64,000 bases of DNA from Phoronis australis. Taxonomy: Eukaryota; Animalia; Phoronida. Below are positions 52,311 to 64,000 of the stretch, one piece after another. The DNA lies in contig NMRA01000086.1 of NCBI GenBank assembly GCA_002633005.1, forward strand, positions 929,000 to 992,999. The letters run 5' to 3'. Each line of letters opens with the position of its first letter. Positions within the stretch are counted from its first letter, which is position 1. Both the position numbers and the translations under genes were made by a program. The notes beneath the pieces are model-generated. The model ran no database searches. It was not told the DNA's origin and was given only the letters and a program-made list of their open reading frames with translations.

Positions 52311-53591
52311 ATGACCAGCGCCGACAGGATGACGCTCGACGTTTCTAGGACTGCTAACACGACGGCGGCAAATCATAATGATACCCAGATACTGGAATAT
52401 AACATATCTACAGGTGACGTCCTCGTAGGAATCGTACTTGCCATTCTGATTTTTTCAATCGTTTTTGGCAATGGGCTAGTCATTATATCTGTAGCCACGT
52501 TCAAACATATGAGGACCCCCTCGACGCTACTTATTGCCTCTTTAGCCACAGCGGATTTTTTAGTCGCTATTATGGTACTCCCTATAAGTTTGTATCAAGA
52601 GATGACCAAAGTATGGCTGCTCGGACCAATCATTTGTGATTATTGGATCACGTGTGACGTATTCTTCTGCACCGCATCCATGTTAAACGTGTGTATTATC
52701 GCCCTTGATAGGTATTTTAAGATCACCAAAAACGTTAATTATACTCACAATAAGACTATAGCCAGACCAAAAGTCTGCATAATCATGGTTTCCATTGCTT
52801 GGGTGATGTCGTTGCTAATAGCAACCACTCCACTTCTGGGATGGTATCGCGGGAACGAGAGACAGAAAATCTACAAATGCATTATCAGCCAAGACCCTGG
52901 ATACACAATATTCTCTACGTTTGGAGCGTTTTACATTCCAATGATTGCGCTTGTTGTTGTATACTGCCGAATATATAAATTCGCCGTGCTGCGGCTTCAG
53001 AGAAGAACTAGGGAAATGCGACGCAAACGATCAAGCACTTTTGCGATGATGCCGCCGGAAAATGCAGATGGCAACGGAGCTCCACAGTCCTTGCTGAGTT
53101 CCAAGTCCAAACATATCAGTTTGGACCGCAGTAAGCGGTCGGCCAAAATGCTCGGAGTCATCATCGGCTGCTTCGTTTGTTGTTGGTTGCCGTTCTTTCT
53201 ACTTGCGTCAATAACTCCATTTTGCCCTCACTGCAAGGTACCGCCGGCTATTTCTAGTATCGCCCTGTGGCTTGGGTATTTTAACTCGTTTTGTAATCCT
53301 TGTATTTACGCCGTTTGGAACAAGCAATATCGCGAATCGTTTCTTTCCCTGCTAAAGTGTGAGGCTTTGTATGGAAAACTTACCGCTAAGCGGTTCTCAT
53401 TAAGAAGCGACAAAAATTCGCCGACCATACGAAAAGGAAGGACGCCGGATGGAACCATCACCTGTGCCTCCACTAATGGAGCGCATGTGCTGCGGAAAAG
53501 CTCCATCCTTAGTTTCTCAAATTACAAATTTCCACAGATGAGGACGTTTCGAATGAATGGTGTCTCTAGGAATGAAGAGACGGAAGCATGA
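52311..53591 (+). CDS. Intronless class A aminergic GPCR, 5-hydroxytryptamine (serotonin) receptor 1-like, 426 aa from the first ATG
   Basis: Seven TM segments with GN (TM1), SLATAD..V..LP (TM2), WLLG...CD.W...DVFFCTAS...LDRY (D3.32, DRY), W4.50, ECL2 CIISQDPGY, YTIFSTFGAFYIP (TM5; S5.42/T5.43/A5.46 as in 5-HT1), CWLPFF (TM6) and LWLGYFNSFCNPCIY (NPxxY). N-terminal N-glycosylation sequons. The ORF track starts at TTG 52245; the first ATG (AAAATG) is 52311. Confidence 0.93.
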   Translation: MTSADRMTLDVSRTANTTAANHNDTQILEYNISTGDVLVGIVLAILIFSIVFGNGLVIISVATFKHMRTPSTLLIASLATADFLVAIMVLPISLYQEMTKVWLLGPIICDYWITCDVFFCTASMLNVCIIALDRYFKITKNVNYTHNKTIARPKVCIIMVSIAWVMSLLIATTPLLGWYRGNERQKIYKCIISQDPGYTIFSTFGAFYIPMIALVVVYCRIYKFAVLRLQRRTREMRRKRSSTFAMMPPENADGNGAPQSLLSSKSKHISLDRSKRSAKMLGVIIGCFVCCWLPFFLLASITPFCPHCKVPPAISSIALWLGYFNSFCNPCIYAVWNKQYRESFLSLLKCEALYGKLTAKRFSLRSDKNSPTIRKGRTPDGTITCASTNGAHVLRKSSILSFSNYKFPQMRTFRMNGVSRNEETEA

Positions 53592-53923
53592 GCAAAATTT
53601 CTTCATGCAATATTCGCACTTGGCAGCACACCAGGGCGAAGATTCAACTTTGCAAATGAGGGACTCTGTGGTGCTAAGGGAAAGTTGGTCTTCGTTTTGT
53701 TGCTCTTCACGAGTTACATCTAGTGTGATTACGAGGCTCACTTGTAATACATGCCGATATCTCGCGAAGACTTCCGTAATCTCGCTCTTCTAGCAAGGAA
53801 CTCGCTCTTCGCAAGGCAGTCATGTTCACAAGTACGGTAAAGTTCAGAGACTTTTAAAAGGTCTTACGCTACCTTAATTCCTGTATTTATTCTGGGGCAC
53901 GTTCAGATGATAGACTGACGCAA

Positions 53924-53948
53924 AATAAACCAACCTACTTCTAATAAA
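53924..53948 (+). terminator. Candidate polyadenylation signals of the GPCR gene
   Basis: AATAAA at 53924 and 53943, ~340 bp after the stop codon. Not verified. Confidence 0.35.
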
Positions 53949-55477
53949 AGGAACGTTTATTAATGTCTGACGTGCTCTGTAAGAGGTAGGCTACTAACAG
54001 ATATCAGTGGTCTGATACATGAAGCAGTCAGTCCCAAACTAGGGACTGTAGGGACTCAACTATGTTCCTTAACTGTTCGCCGCACTCGTTCTTTGTTTAT
54101 TGACAAATATTATGTTTCTGTCCCTTTTTATTACGAGATCCTCATTTACCTATGTTATTTTCTAATAATATATCTGAAAACTGAGTCCTTATTTCAGTGA
54201 AAATATGTAGGGACACCTACGGTCCACGGTTTCATTTCCCATCTTGGACATTTAATAGGGTAGAATATCAATCTAATTCGTGTGAATTTTCCATGTTAAT
54301 AGACGGGAAGGTATTTGACATGTTCAAGCTAACATTTCTCGAAATGCTCAATTTTGAGCGCGTTTAAAATCCAAATGGATCCAGCCGATGCCCATCGATT
54401 TGCGAGGAGTCAACCATGTTTCTCATAGTACACCCCCCGGGTCAGCATTTATATTCTTAGTTACCCTCGTTACCTAAAAAGCAGGGGAATGGAATATTGC
54501 ACCCATAAAGCCTTACAATCGTAAATTATCACTTCTACTCATATCATCGGAGTCGGGTGGCCAGCGAAGCCGATATTCGAGAGAAAAGAAAATTTTATAG
54601 ATAGTCTACTTCATATATTGACGGAATCAATTTATTTTAAATCGCTATTTTGACCATTTATTCGCAATTTTGTGACAAATCTGCTTTTTACTGACTGGTC
54701 TCCGTAGAGTGCAATGTGAAAATTGCCTTTTTAACTATACATGTGTCTAGGTGTCCACCACTCCACTACGCACTCGCTACTCATGCTCAACTCGTAAACG
54801 TGTACTCGTGTGTTGGATACCCGTGCTGAGTTCCGTTGACCAGAATGACAACGTACATGTAGCTTGCACTCGCGACGAAAACATTATGGAACGAAAACAG
54901 TAAATCCAGTTTCACAAAATTCAACACTTCAATCTCGCCGACCAAACATTTCAGTCAGTAGCATCCATTTTGTCAGGTTAGGCTAGGTATACTCTCCAAA
55001 TACTCGCTTTTGACTCGCGTGATTATGCGAAGCTCTACGAGAGGTCGACGGAAATCTACGGAACGGTCGCCAAGACAGCGTCCTTAGAAGTGTTACTCTC
55101 TGACACAGCGCCACATATACTGAAAAGTGGTCCTCTGGAAACATGATGAACGACACACGGAATTCTGTGTGTGGGCATCAATGTGCATGCTTGGTCGGAA
55201 GTTTATCAATCACAACCACCGCTTGCACACGTCTTCTATGCACTGTACTTGTTTGGACTTAGCTACGAGGGTCACCATACTACGTAACAATAAACCCAAA
55301 AGGGTTTCTCAGATTTCAAGCAATGCTAATGACTGAATGCTATGACGTCAGTTTCATTACTTTAGCCAATAAAAAGCCATGATAAACAACATTCCACAGT
55401 GCTACCTTTCGTAGCACTGTGTAAAATTGCATAGAAGTGTAAGCCGAAGCAGTGATCACATTAATTTCCTTTTTAAG

Positions 55478-57112
55478 AATTGACCTATCGCAAGCTCCGG
55501 CTCCTTGCAAAAAGTCACGTGATACCCGACAAACAAACAAGATGTCAGAGGCAAATACACTGTGGCTAAACGACGTTCCTGGTGGAATTGATGAGCGTTT
55601 TTTGCAATTTCCGAAAACGCTTCGACAGAGACAACAGGCGATACTTTTCAGCTGAGAATAGTACGTTCATGACCGGAAAAATAAGAGTTAGAGGAAAAGT
55701 ATTTCGGAGCCAGCGTAAATCCGAAGAACGCCACACGTGGTTCACCTTCACTTGAAAACTGACAAGGCCACTGATGTGATATGTTCATGTAAAGGTGGAT
55801 ACTTACCTTAAAGTCGAATTATCTGTACGATGCCATAGATTTCAGGATATTTCGAACAAAATCAGTGAAGATTCGCCGAAACTGTTTCTATTCTGGCTTC
55901 AGCTAAATTACGCCAAATGAAAAGTAGGTCACAACCGATTGTATTCTCCAAGTAAAGTAGGTCGAGTCGATAACACTGTTTATACTTTTCTAATCTTCGA
56001 GGGAAGATTTTTGATTAAAAAAATCAGGTTCGTAGCTCAGGCACTTACACAACTTATTCTAAGCAAGCAGTTAGCTCCGGTAGGTCCAAAAGTCAAATTA
56101 ACGCATGGAATTGGCCGTAATTCAGTGCACATCAAGACAAACCCCTTCTGACGAACTTCATATTTTTTGTAGTTTCATTGCATAAGGTAGTTTGCATTTA
56201 ATTTTAAACGTAACATGATCACTAAGCTGTGGTATGGTAACGAAAGATGACAAGTCTGTTGTAGTGGCAAAAAGTGGTCATTTGCAAAAATAATTAAAAT
56301 TGTTTTTTAAAGCTTCATAAATCCAAGCACCATGTTTGAACAACTACAAAATGAGCTCTCCTTAACTCTACGGGCGTAGTGTATACTAGAGGTTCTCATC
56401 AGCTCGAACGAGGCTTTGAGTTCAGGAATCTAGTGCCCTCCCCGCAGCATGTGCCGACCAAATCTATCAATTTTTCCGGTGAGAAATTCAGTTGAACGCC
56501 AACCTACGTGTATATGAATAACAAAAAATATACCTGTGTTACAAAACAGAACGATGTCCACTACAGGTCGAAGTGAATGAAAAATAATAAAAATGCCCTT
56601 AAAAACAACTATTTCCGGGGACAACCTCTAGACTAGTGCTGGGATCCAGCAGATGCCGAAACAAAGGCCCCACACGGGTGAAACTCCGGGGTAGAAATCA
56701 GATAGGCCTACAGTGTAACCACCAAACTGAAAAGTAAGTATCATGGAACAAATATACTTGTGTTGAACCTTTGACTAATCCAGCTGCTTGTGTGTCGTTT
56801 TGCCGTCCACACCGTGTGATCCACCGTTTACACAGTCGACAACACTTTTCGGCTTAGGGAATGCCCAAAAATGACGGGATATTCTTCTCGAGTTGTGTAA
56901 CGGCTGTCAGAACTACACACGCCATATCAACACCGTTTCAACATTCTTATCGCACAGTTTTTTGAGCTACAGACTAAAATAAGCTTTACCGACAACGGCA
57001 TTGTTTGTCGGGTAAAATGGCGGCTTGGAAACGCAGACGAAGGTGTGTCAAGAATACTGCGTTATGACTGGTTAGTTAAGCCGTCAGTCATAATCCTGGC
57101 GATAGGTCAATT
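55478..57112 (+). mobile_element. TIR element family F, second copy
   Basis: AATTGACCTATCGC ... GCGATAGGTCAATT. Colinear with 47871-49515. Confidence 0.85.
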
Positions 57113-57645
57113 CGTTTACGGAACTCATATACACGGAACTCAGTCCGGCGTCCATTAGAAATTTTACGTTGTATATATATATATATATATATATAAATAC
57201 AAATATATATACAAATACACATACGTATACTTATACCACAATATTAGCCTTAAATGGCAGATACAACCGTGTAATAACCCATAAAGTTATCTCACTAGTG
57301 AGATAACGATTTGGCGGGAAACCGAGGACGGGGTCGAACCCGGGACCCTAATATTACTGGTCGCCGACTTTACCACTACACCACGCAGCGACTGACGTCA
57401 TCAAGAGTGAAAATAGAATACTTAAATGAGCACGCGCAATAATCGCACGTTCAACAAACCGCATTGTACTGTACTTATACGCTACGAAAAATAAGACACA
57501 TAATTTCCATAAAAATGNATTCGTTTACGGAACTCATATACACGGAACTCAGTCCGGCGTCCATTAGAAATTTTACGTTGTATATATATATATATATATA
57601 TATATAAATACAAATATATATACAAATACACATACGTATACTTAT
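57110..57645. repeat. ~125-bp near-exact direct duplication (57110-57234 / 57519-57645) around element D and an N gap
   Basis: ATTCGTTTACGGAACTCATATACACGG...(TA)n...CATACGTATACTTAT occurs twice. N at 57518. Confidence 0.9.
57232..57517 (+). mobile_element. Element D copy truncated by an assembly gap
   Basis: TATACCACAATATTAGC...GTTATCTCACTAGTGAGATAAC...tRNA-like cassette...TTTCCATAAAAATG followed by N. Confidence 0.85.
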
Positions 57646-58039
57646 CCCATATCTGTGAAAATATGGATATTGTATACGTCACGTTATCAACTGTGAAATA
57701 ATTACGGGAAAGTAAAGCCAAATACCACGTCAGAGGCCGTATTTCACGGTTGGTGTGCAGTCTGGTGGTGGAAAAATTTGCGTGTACAGTGCCAAATTTG
57801 ATTGGGCTTAATCGTGTGGGTTACCTAAAAAATTGATGCAAGGCTTCATTACTGAAAAGACAGTTTTACTGCTATAAAAACATAAACGATTTATCGATGA
57901 AAATTCTCACGCTTAGTGATCAGGCGGCTATTTTTGGGCCTAGCTAAAGTTTCAATCTGGGTCATCATAAATAGGTCAAATAGCGTCCCCGGCCAACAAA
58001 ATCAGTCAAAAATCTAATTCAAATCCAAAGAAAGCGTTT

Positions 58040-58850
58040 CGTTATTATTTTTTTTATTGTTTATTACGAAATCTTCAATACAATGAATATTTATTGCCCA
58101 GAAAGAGGCATTATATCTAGTGGGTTAAATAAATACAAAGAAATCTTAAAACAATTATTATACACAAATACATAAATTAAAAAATGATGTTAAGGTTATA
58201 ATGACATATGATTACGAATGTGAATAAATCATTTTCATACACAACAAGTTATTTATATGCATACAATTCTATCCACTCACACAAAGAGATTTAATATTAT
58301 AAAGAAAATTTTATACTATTTCGAATAAAACCTTATTTTCATTTGGGTTGAGTTCTTGGCATCCATATAGAAAAAAAAAAATTATTATACATTTGAGGAA
58401 TATCAGTTCGTAAACATTGGAAAAGCTGCACCCTCTGCTCCCTGCATACCTCACAAGCCAAGAAGACATGAGCATTTATCTGAGTGTCTCCACAGGAACA
58501 CAGGGGCCGCATCTTGATCTGTGTACATGTAGGATTATTTCATGGTTGCGAGGAAGTTGGAATCATGCCAATGGGACGGGCAAGTCTTGAGTAGTAGTAT
58601 GCAGTTAAAAGTTATTTTTGAGAATGACGATAGAAGTGCTTTCTTTTATTTTGCATGGTAAGGAAATCCAGTTGTCAATGCAAGTTAATATCGTAGTTCT
58701 CCTGAAGGCTTGGCTGAGGGAAGATGGAATAGTGTATATATTGCCGTAGTCCTGGTCTTGTGTTAAGTCTTTTGTAGGAGTCAAAGAGGATTTTGTTTAA
58801 ATAATTGTTTAATATGTTGTTTAAGACTTTGAATGTATGTTTGTATGTTT
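58040..58850 (-). mobile_element. CR1/L2-clade LINE 3' end (same family as the 28205 copy)
   Basis: Minus strand FKVLNNILNNYLNKILFDSYKRLNTRP matches the 28.7-kb copy. CCHC knuckle PLCSCGDTQINAHVFLACEVCREQR at ~58432-58506. 3' UTR, AATAAA and A-rich tail at ~58040-58065. Confidence 0.85.
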
Positions 58851-59840
58851 GTATGTACATATGCGTGTGTTTATGTAGGCGTGTATAAGTGATGAAGTGA
58901 TGACTTTTGCGACCTCTCCTCACTGATAAGAAACTAGGATCACAGAACACTGCAATCTAGATTAGACCCTCAATTGTTTCGTGACGGATAAGAAAACAAG
59001 TTTGAATTAAATGTTTTAAGTATCCAAGTAGGTTAATTCGGACGGGTGTAATTGGGTGATCACATACCAAATGCGGCTGGTTCCGCATACGATGCTCATG
59101 TTTGGAGTAGTTCGTCGACTGTTATTATACACGAGATTTCAAGACAATTTACTTTGTAACTGGCATGCTTGATGCATTCATTACGCAAAGAACATTTGAT
59201 GGTCGACATTTCTAAGCTGTTGTTAGCGTAGAATTGGTAGATTGGAAGACATGTTGTTATTTTTGTACGCGCTACTGTGAATGGACATAGAAAAAATATT
59301 AACAATTGCCAGTTCTGGTGGTTTTCATGTGACCGGGTTCGCCTTATCGGACGTTCAACGAAACAGGTGATTTTCCAATTCATAAAATTCGACCATTTAC
59401 GATGTAGGAAGGCTCTTTGACAAAAGCAGTGTAGTGGTTCCTATACATTCAGTGCCGAGCTCTCCAAAACATGTTGAGTAAAACACTGCTTTCTGAGTGA
59501 TCGAACATACTACTGAAAGCCAAACCCATCTTCCTGCCGACTGTATGCTTAGTGGATGCAATCATACAATAAAACGACCGGTTGAGTTTCATATTTGATG
59601 AACGTCTTGGCTTTCAGACCAAGTCATGTGATGTTTCAGGCTCCAAAATGTGATAATGACAAAGTCGTAGCCAAGGTCATTAATCACATCCTGTTCATTA
59701 AAAGTCAAAAACTGACTTTTATAGACGACACAAACGATTTTCTGCAATCAGCCTCTGCACGGAATAGAACATGGAAACCCCGCGGTTGCAGCTTAGGCTT
59801 TGCTGAAGGATCTAAATCCCACGCGATAAATGGAAAGACT

Positions 59841-59882
59841 ACGGCCTTGGTTTCCACGAACACGGCCTTGGTTTCCACGAAC
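59841..59882. repeat. 21-bp tandem duplication
   Basis: ACGGCCTTGGTTTCCACGAAC x2. Confidence 0.8.
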
Positions 59883-60388
59883 GTCTGGCTAAATACGGCT
59901 ACAATTGTCTATTTGTAATAAAATCACAAAAAACACGGAATTTCCGTTTAATAGCTCTAATCATCAAAGCAAATAACTTCAAAATGTTTCTCTCATCCAA
60001 CAATAATCTTAAAAATGCCGTAAAACCGATAATGTCCTCATAAGTCTACTCGTCTAGGCATGGTTGTACAGTAGGTATCACCCGATAGGCAATTTGCTTA
60101 CTGTGCGAAAGAAACATTGGATACACTGCTAACAAATTACCCGTCGGGTGGTATTTATTGCAGATCAGAAATGTACGTACACCCAAGCAAAACTAAACAT
60201 CAAAGAATTTTCCAACTGTGCAAGTACGTATTGCCAATGGTTGTTGATGCATTGAGTCACGGAAACAACAATGGCGTGTTATTCGCCTGCGTCCTGTAGC
60301 CATTTTGTTTGCCAGTGGACGTCTGCTTATATATCGACCATGTTGCGGTTGGTAGCTTCTTAAAAATTCTTCAAAAGCAGGTACATCT

Positions 60389-61345
60389 CAGTGGCGGATC
60401 TAGGATATCACAAGGGGGCCCAACATTTTGTCCGGCTGTAAGCCATTTGCGCAAACCACGATTGTAGATGCGCATAGCACCGAATGGGGGGAGGTCGGGA
60501 GGGGGGTTTGCCTAGATTCTTGAAGTATTATCCAAGAAAAAAAAGGCAAAAAAGAAAAAAACGTGTCAAACAGGAAAAGCCGCACGTACCCGGCACAGAT
60601 TCAAACTCAGTCACGACATGGCGGATAGAGCGCGCGAGCTTTACCACTACACCACCACGATTTAACTACTAAGCTTGTGCTAAGAGACCTACATGTTTGC
60701 GGTCCACAGCGTTTGCGCACGAAACCTACTTCTTGTTGTAATGCTTATTACACGTTTTATATTTTGTGCAATCGGTTGTTAACAAATTTGTTGTATTTAA
60801 AATAGTCTTCAAATGCCCAAAAAACCAAATCCGTTTTTCGTGTTGGCAATAAGGACGGGATTGCTTTGGAAATCGTCTTAAGTTAAGGTTTGACAAAGAG
60901 AGAATTATGAGTTTCTGGGTGATTCACCAAGGCTTCGATTAAAATTCACATCTTACCAGCAATTTCTGTTTTTTCATCGTCACTCAGGTTCCATTTTCTT
61001 TAAAAAATGAAGTAAATTTTCTTCATTGCACAGTGTAGCAGACGACGGAAACGGAGTCGTAGTGCGCAGCGCCATTGCCGGTCGCCTGGGATATCGCAAG
61101 AGAGCTTATGCTTAGCCATAGTTCCGTTACGAATGCGCCGTGTTCCGAATATGACACTTAATTGGATCTGAGACCTCCCCCCAAACACTAAAACTGCACA
61201 CACTTAAATCTTGTTTCATCCGTGTAATTTTAATTACCGGGGTTAATTAATAAACTAAACATTTCCCTACGCTCTTGCTGTTTTATTTTTTGCGGCAGCC
61301 AAGAGGGGGGGCCTGGCCCCCTGGGCCCCCTTAAATCTGCCTATT
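60389..61345 (+). mobile_element. ~1-kb hAT-like non-autonomous element family C, 5-bp TSD CATCT, internal tRNA-like cassette
   Basis: CAGTGGCGGATCTAGG ... AAATCTGCCTATT, flanked by CATCT on both sides. Colinear with 62347-63367. Confidence 0.9.
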
Positions 61346-61960
61346 CATCTACTAGGTATGGACATGTTATCATTGTCCAGCACGTGGCGAGCGAATACGG
61401 TACAGAAAAGTATACAATTGTAGTATTAAAGGGTTTGATACATTTCATGTTTTTCTACCTATTTAAAAAATCCACTTTTTCAAGAAGTTTTGGAACTAGT
61501 GTTTGATATATTTATTTTGTTAACGTGGGTAGGGAACAGGAGTTTTTTATGTTTGTACATGTATTGTGGTAAAAACACAAATTATCGTCGCTGCTATGTG
61601 TTGAATTTAGGTGAAGATGAACATCCGTACAACTTTTTTTGTTTGGAATTCAAAATTCTTCTTTGCCACTGATCAGACTTTGATCCTGAATTGTCGCCGA
61701 CTGATCAAGCAGCTCAAGTTACAGACGAGGTAAACACTCCATCCTCTATTGTCTGGGTTGAGCTGCATGCCTACGCGGTAATACACAGTGTTTTTGGAAA
61801 AACCAGTATTTATTAAATAAGCAACCAAGACGTTTACTTTTGAGCAATGGCTGCAGCTGTGAGGCCTAAGCACACCTGATGCACCGCAAAAGGCACCAGG
61901 TCACCTGCCTATTTTTCAAAGAGGTCTGGAACGAGATAAACTTTGACTGAATTGCAATAT

Positions 61961-62105
61961 CATGTGCAGCGCAGCACTGAAATAAGTGAGAGGCTATAAC
62001 CCCCAACCCCCTACGGTGCGCCGCCTATGCTGACCACAGGCGGCGCAGCGGTGAAATAAGTGGGAAGCTATAGCCCCCCCAGTCCCCTATTGTGCGCCGC
62101 CCATG
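61961..62105 (+). mobile_element. MITE family E, two ~69-bp units
   Basis: CATGTGCAGCGCAGCACTGAAATAAG...GTGCGCCGCCTATG, then CACAGGCGGCGCAGCGGTGAAATAAG...GTGCGCCGCCCATG. Confidence 0.8.
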
Positions 62106-62346
62106 AAAATTGAAAGTGGTTGTCTGCCACTGAAACAGAGATCGACCTGCTCACCAGGTAATTTAGGCGATTGTTCGTATATGTTTTTAATCTCTTTTGA
62201 AATCAAAGCATTTCCTTTTAGTTTCAAATTAAAAAAAACCGATCTGTCAAATGCTGGCCACTTCGTCGATTTTTCTCCCACAAGGCAAAGCACGTCTCCG
62301 CATTTAGTATATATATATATATATAGAGCAAGATATAGGTGTAGCA

Positions 62347-63367
62347 CAGTGGCGGATCTAGGATATCACAAGGGGGGTCCAACATTTTGTCCGGCTGTAA
62401 ACATTTGCGCACACTGAACCACGATTGTAGATGCGCATAGCACCGAATGGGGGAAGGTCGGGAGGGGGGCAAACCCCCCTCCCGTCCAGGAAATTTTTCT
62501 GTTTTTACCTCTAAAAATCAAGCATTTTCCTTGATTCCTGAAGTATTATCCAGGAAAAAAAGGCAAAAAAAAAATAAAAAAATAAAAACGGAGTACGTGT
62601 CCAACAGGAAAAACATCAAATACCAAAGACTCGAACTCACGACCTTGCGCATACCGCGCGCGTGCGATACCACTTCACCACCACGATTTAACTACTAATC
62701 TATTAATAAGAGACCTACTTGTTTATGGTCCACAGCGTTTGCGCGCGAAACCTACTTCTTTTTGTAATGCTTATTACACGTTTTGTGCCATCAATTCTTA
62801 AAAAAATTGTCGTATTTAAAATAGTCTTCAAATGCCCAAAAGACCAAATCCGTTTTTCGTGTTGGCATTAATGACGGGATTGCTTTGGAAATCGTCTTAA
62901 CATAAGGTTTGACAAAGAGAGTATTGCGAGTTTCTGAGTGATTCACTAAGGCTTCGATTAACATTCACATCTTACCAGCAGCTTCTGTTTTTTCATCGTC
63001 ACTCAGGTTCCATTTTCTTTAAAAAATGAAGTAAATTGTCTTCATTGCACAGTGGAGCAGACGACGGAAACTGAGTCGTAGTGCGCAGCGCCACTGCCGG
63101 TCGCCTGGGATATCGCGGGAGAGCCTGTGCTTAGCCATAGTTCCGTTACGAATGCGCCGTGTTCCGAATTTGACACTTGAAATTGGATTTGAGCCCCCCA
63201 ACCCCCAACACTAAAACTGCACACATTTAAATCTTTTTTCATCCGTGTAATTTTAATTGCCGGGGTTAATTAATAAACTCAACATTTCCCTACGCTCTTA
63301 CTGTTTTATTTTTTTTTGCGGCAGCCAAGGGGGGGGGGGGGCCCTGCCCCCCCTAAATCCGCCTATG
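62347..63367 (+). mobile_element. Element family C, second copy
   Basis: CAGTGGCGGATCTAGGATATCACAAGGGGG ... AAATCCGCCTATG. Flanks TAGCA/CAGCA. Confidence 0.9.
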
Positions 63368-64000
63368 CAGCATATTTCCCTGATATAAAAAAATGTGACT
63401 GACCTCAAGAGACTTCAAGCAACTGACTGTGAGCGCATGCACGCATTTATCATAAGTGGAAGGGAGACTAGAAACCTTGTGGTAACTAAAGAATTTTTCC
63501 TTCGCGCGTATTTAAAAAATCAAGAATTCTGTGATTTTTTTCTGGACATTTTCTTACAAGGTAAAATGAATTACTGTGCTAGACTTTGCGAGATGGTACT
63601 TTCGTCAAGAATGGTTTAAATGATATCGTTGACGAGCTTTCGCATTCCAGGCCTCTTTAAGACCTTGACTTCAGACTCTCTAATGTTTACCAAATACAAC
63701 AACGATTCTCCAAATGAAACGTGCTGCTCATTAACTTAAAATACCGGCACTTAGTGATATTCCATCAGACCTCAAAATCAATACCAGTTCAAAGTTCACG
63801 AAGAACATCTAAGCTCGCAACTCAATAAAACATATATATATACATCCCATTAGACTTGATAGAAATATTTTGCTATTGAATGCATAATTTACAGTTTACA
63901 AAATAATGTATTATTAAACTCAAGGTTATTTACAATGTTCAAAGTAATTTCACTGTGGATATATTTGAAAATATAACACTGAATTTGAAATCGGGTAGAA

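Overview
AT-rich animal genomic DNA, consistent with a marine invertebrate (the species cannot be established from the sequence alone). It is not prokaryotic: there are no operons, CRISPR array or rRNA. The only well-supported protein-coding gene is an intronless rhodopsin-class aminergic GPCR with 5-HT1-type serotonin-receptor signatures (52311..53591, +). The rest is mostly transposon-derived: three decayed CR1/L2-clade LINE copies, an L1/Tx1 3' end, Penelope-like (GIY-YIG) remnants (one with a well-formed minimal hammerhead ribozyme), several MITE families with 5-bp TSDs, two ~1.6-kb TIR elements flanking the receptor gene, Crypton-like palindromes, tRNA-derived SINE heads, and mini/microsatellites. 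The most unusual pattern is that two different TIR-bounded DNA-element families each carry an internal antisense tRNA-like (Pol III A/B-box) cassette, and differences between copies concentrate in that cassette. I cannot support a wholly new multi-gene system here. All alignments were done by eye, so repeat boundaries are approximate.
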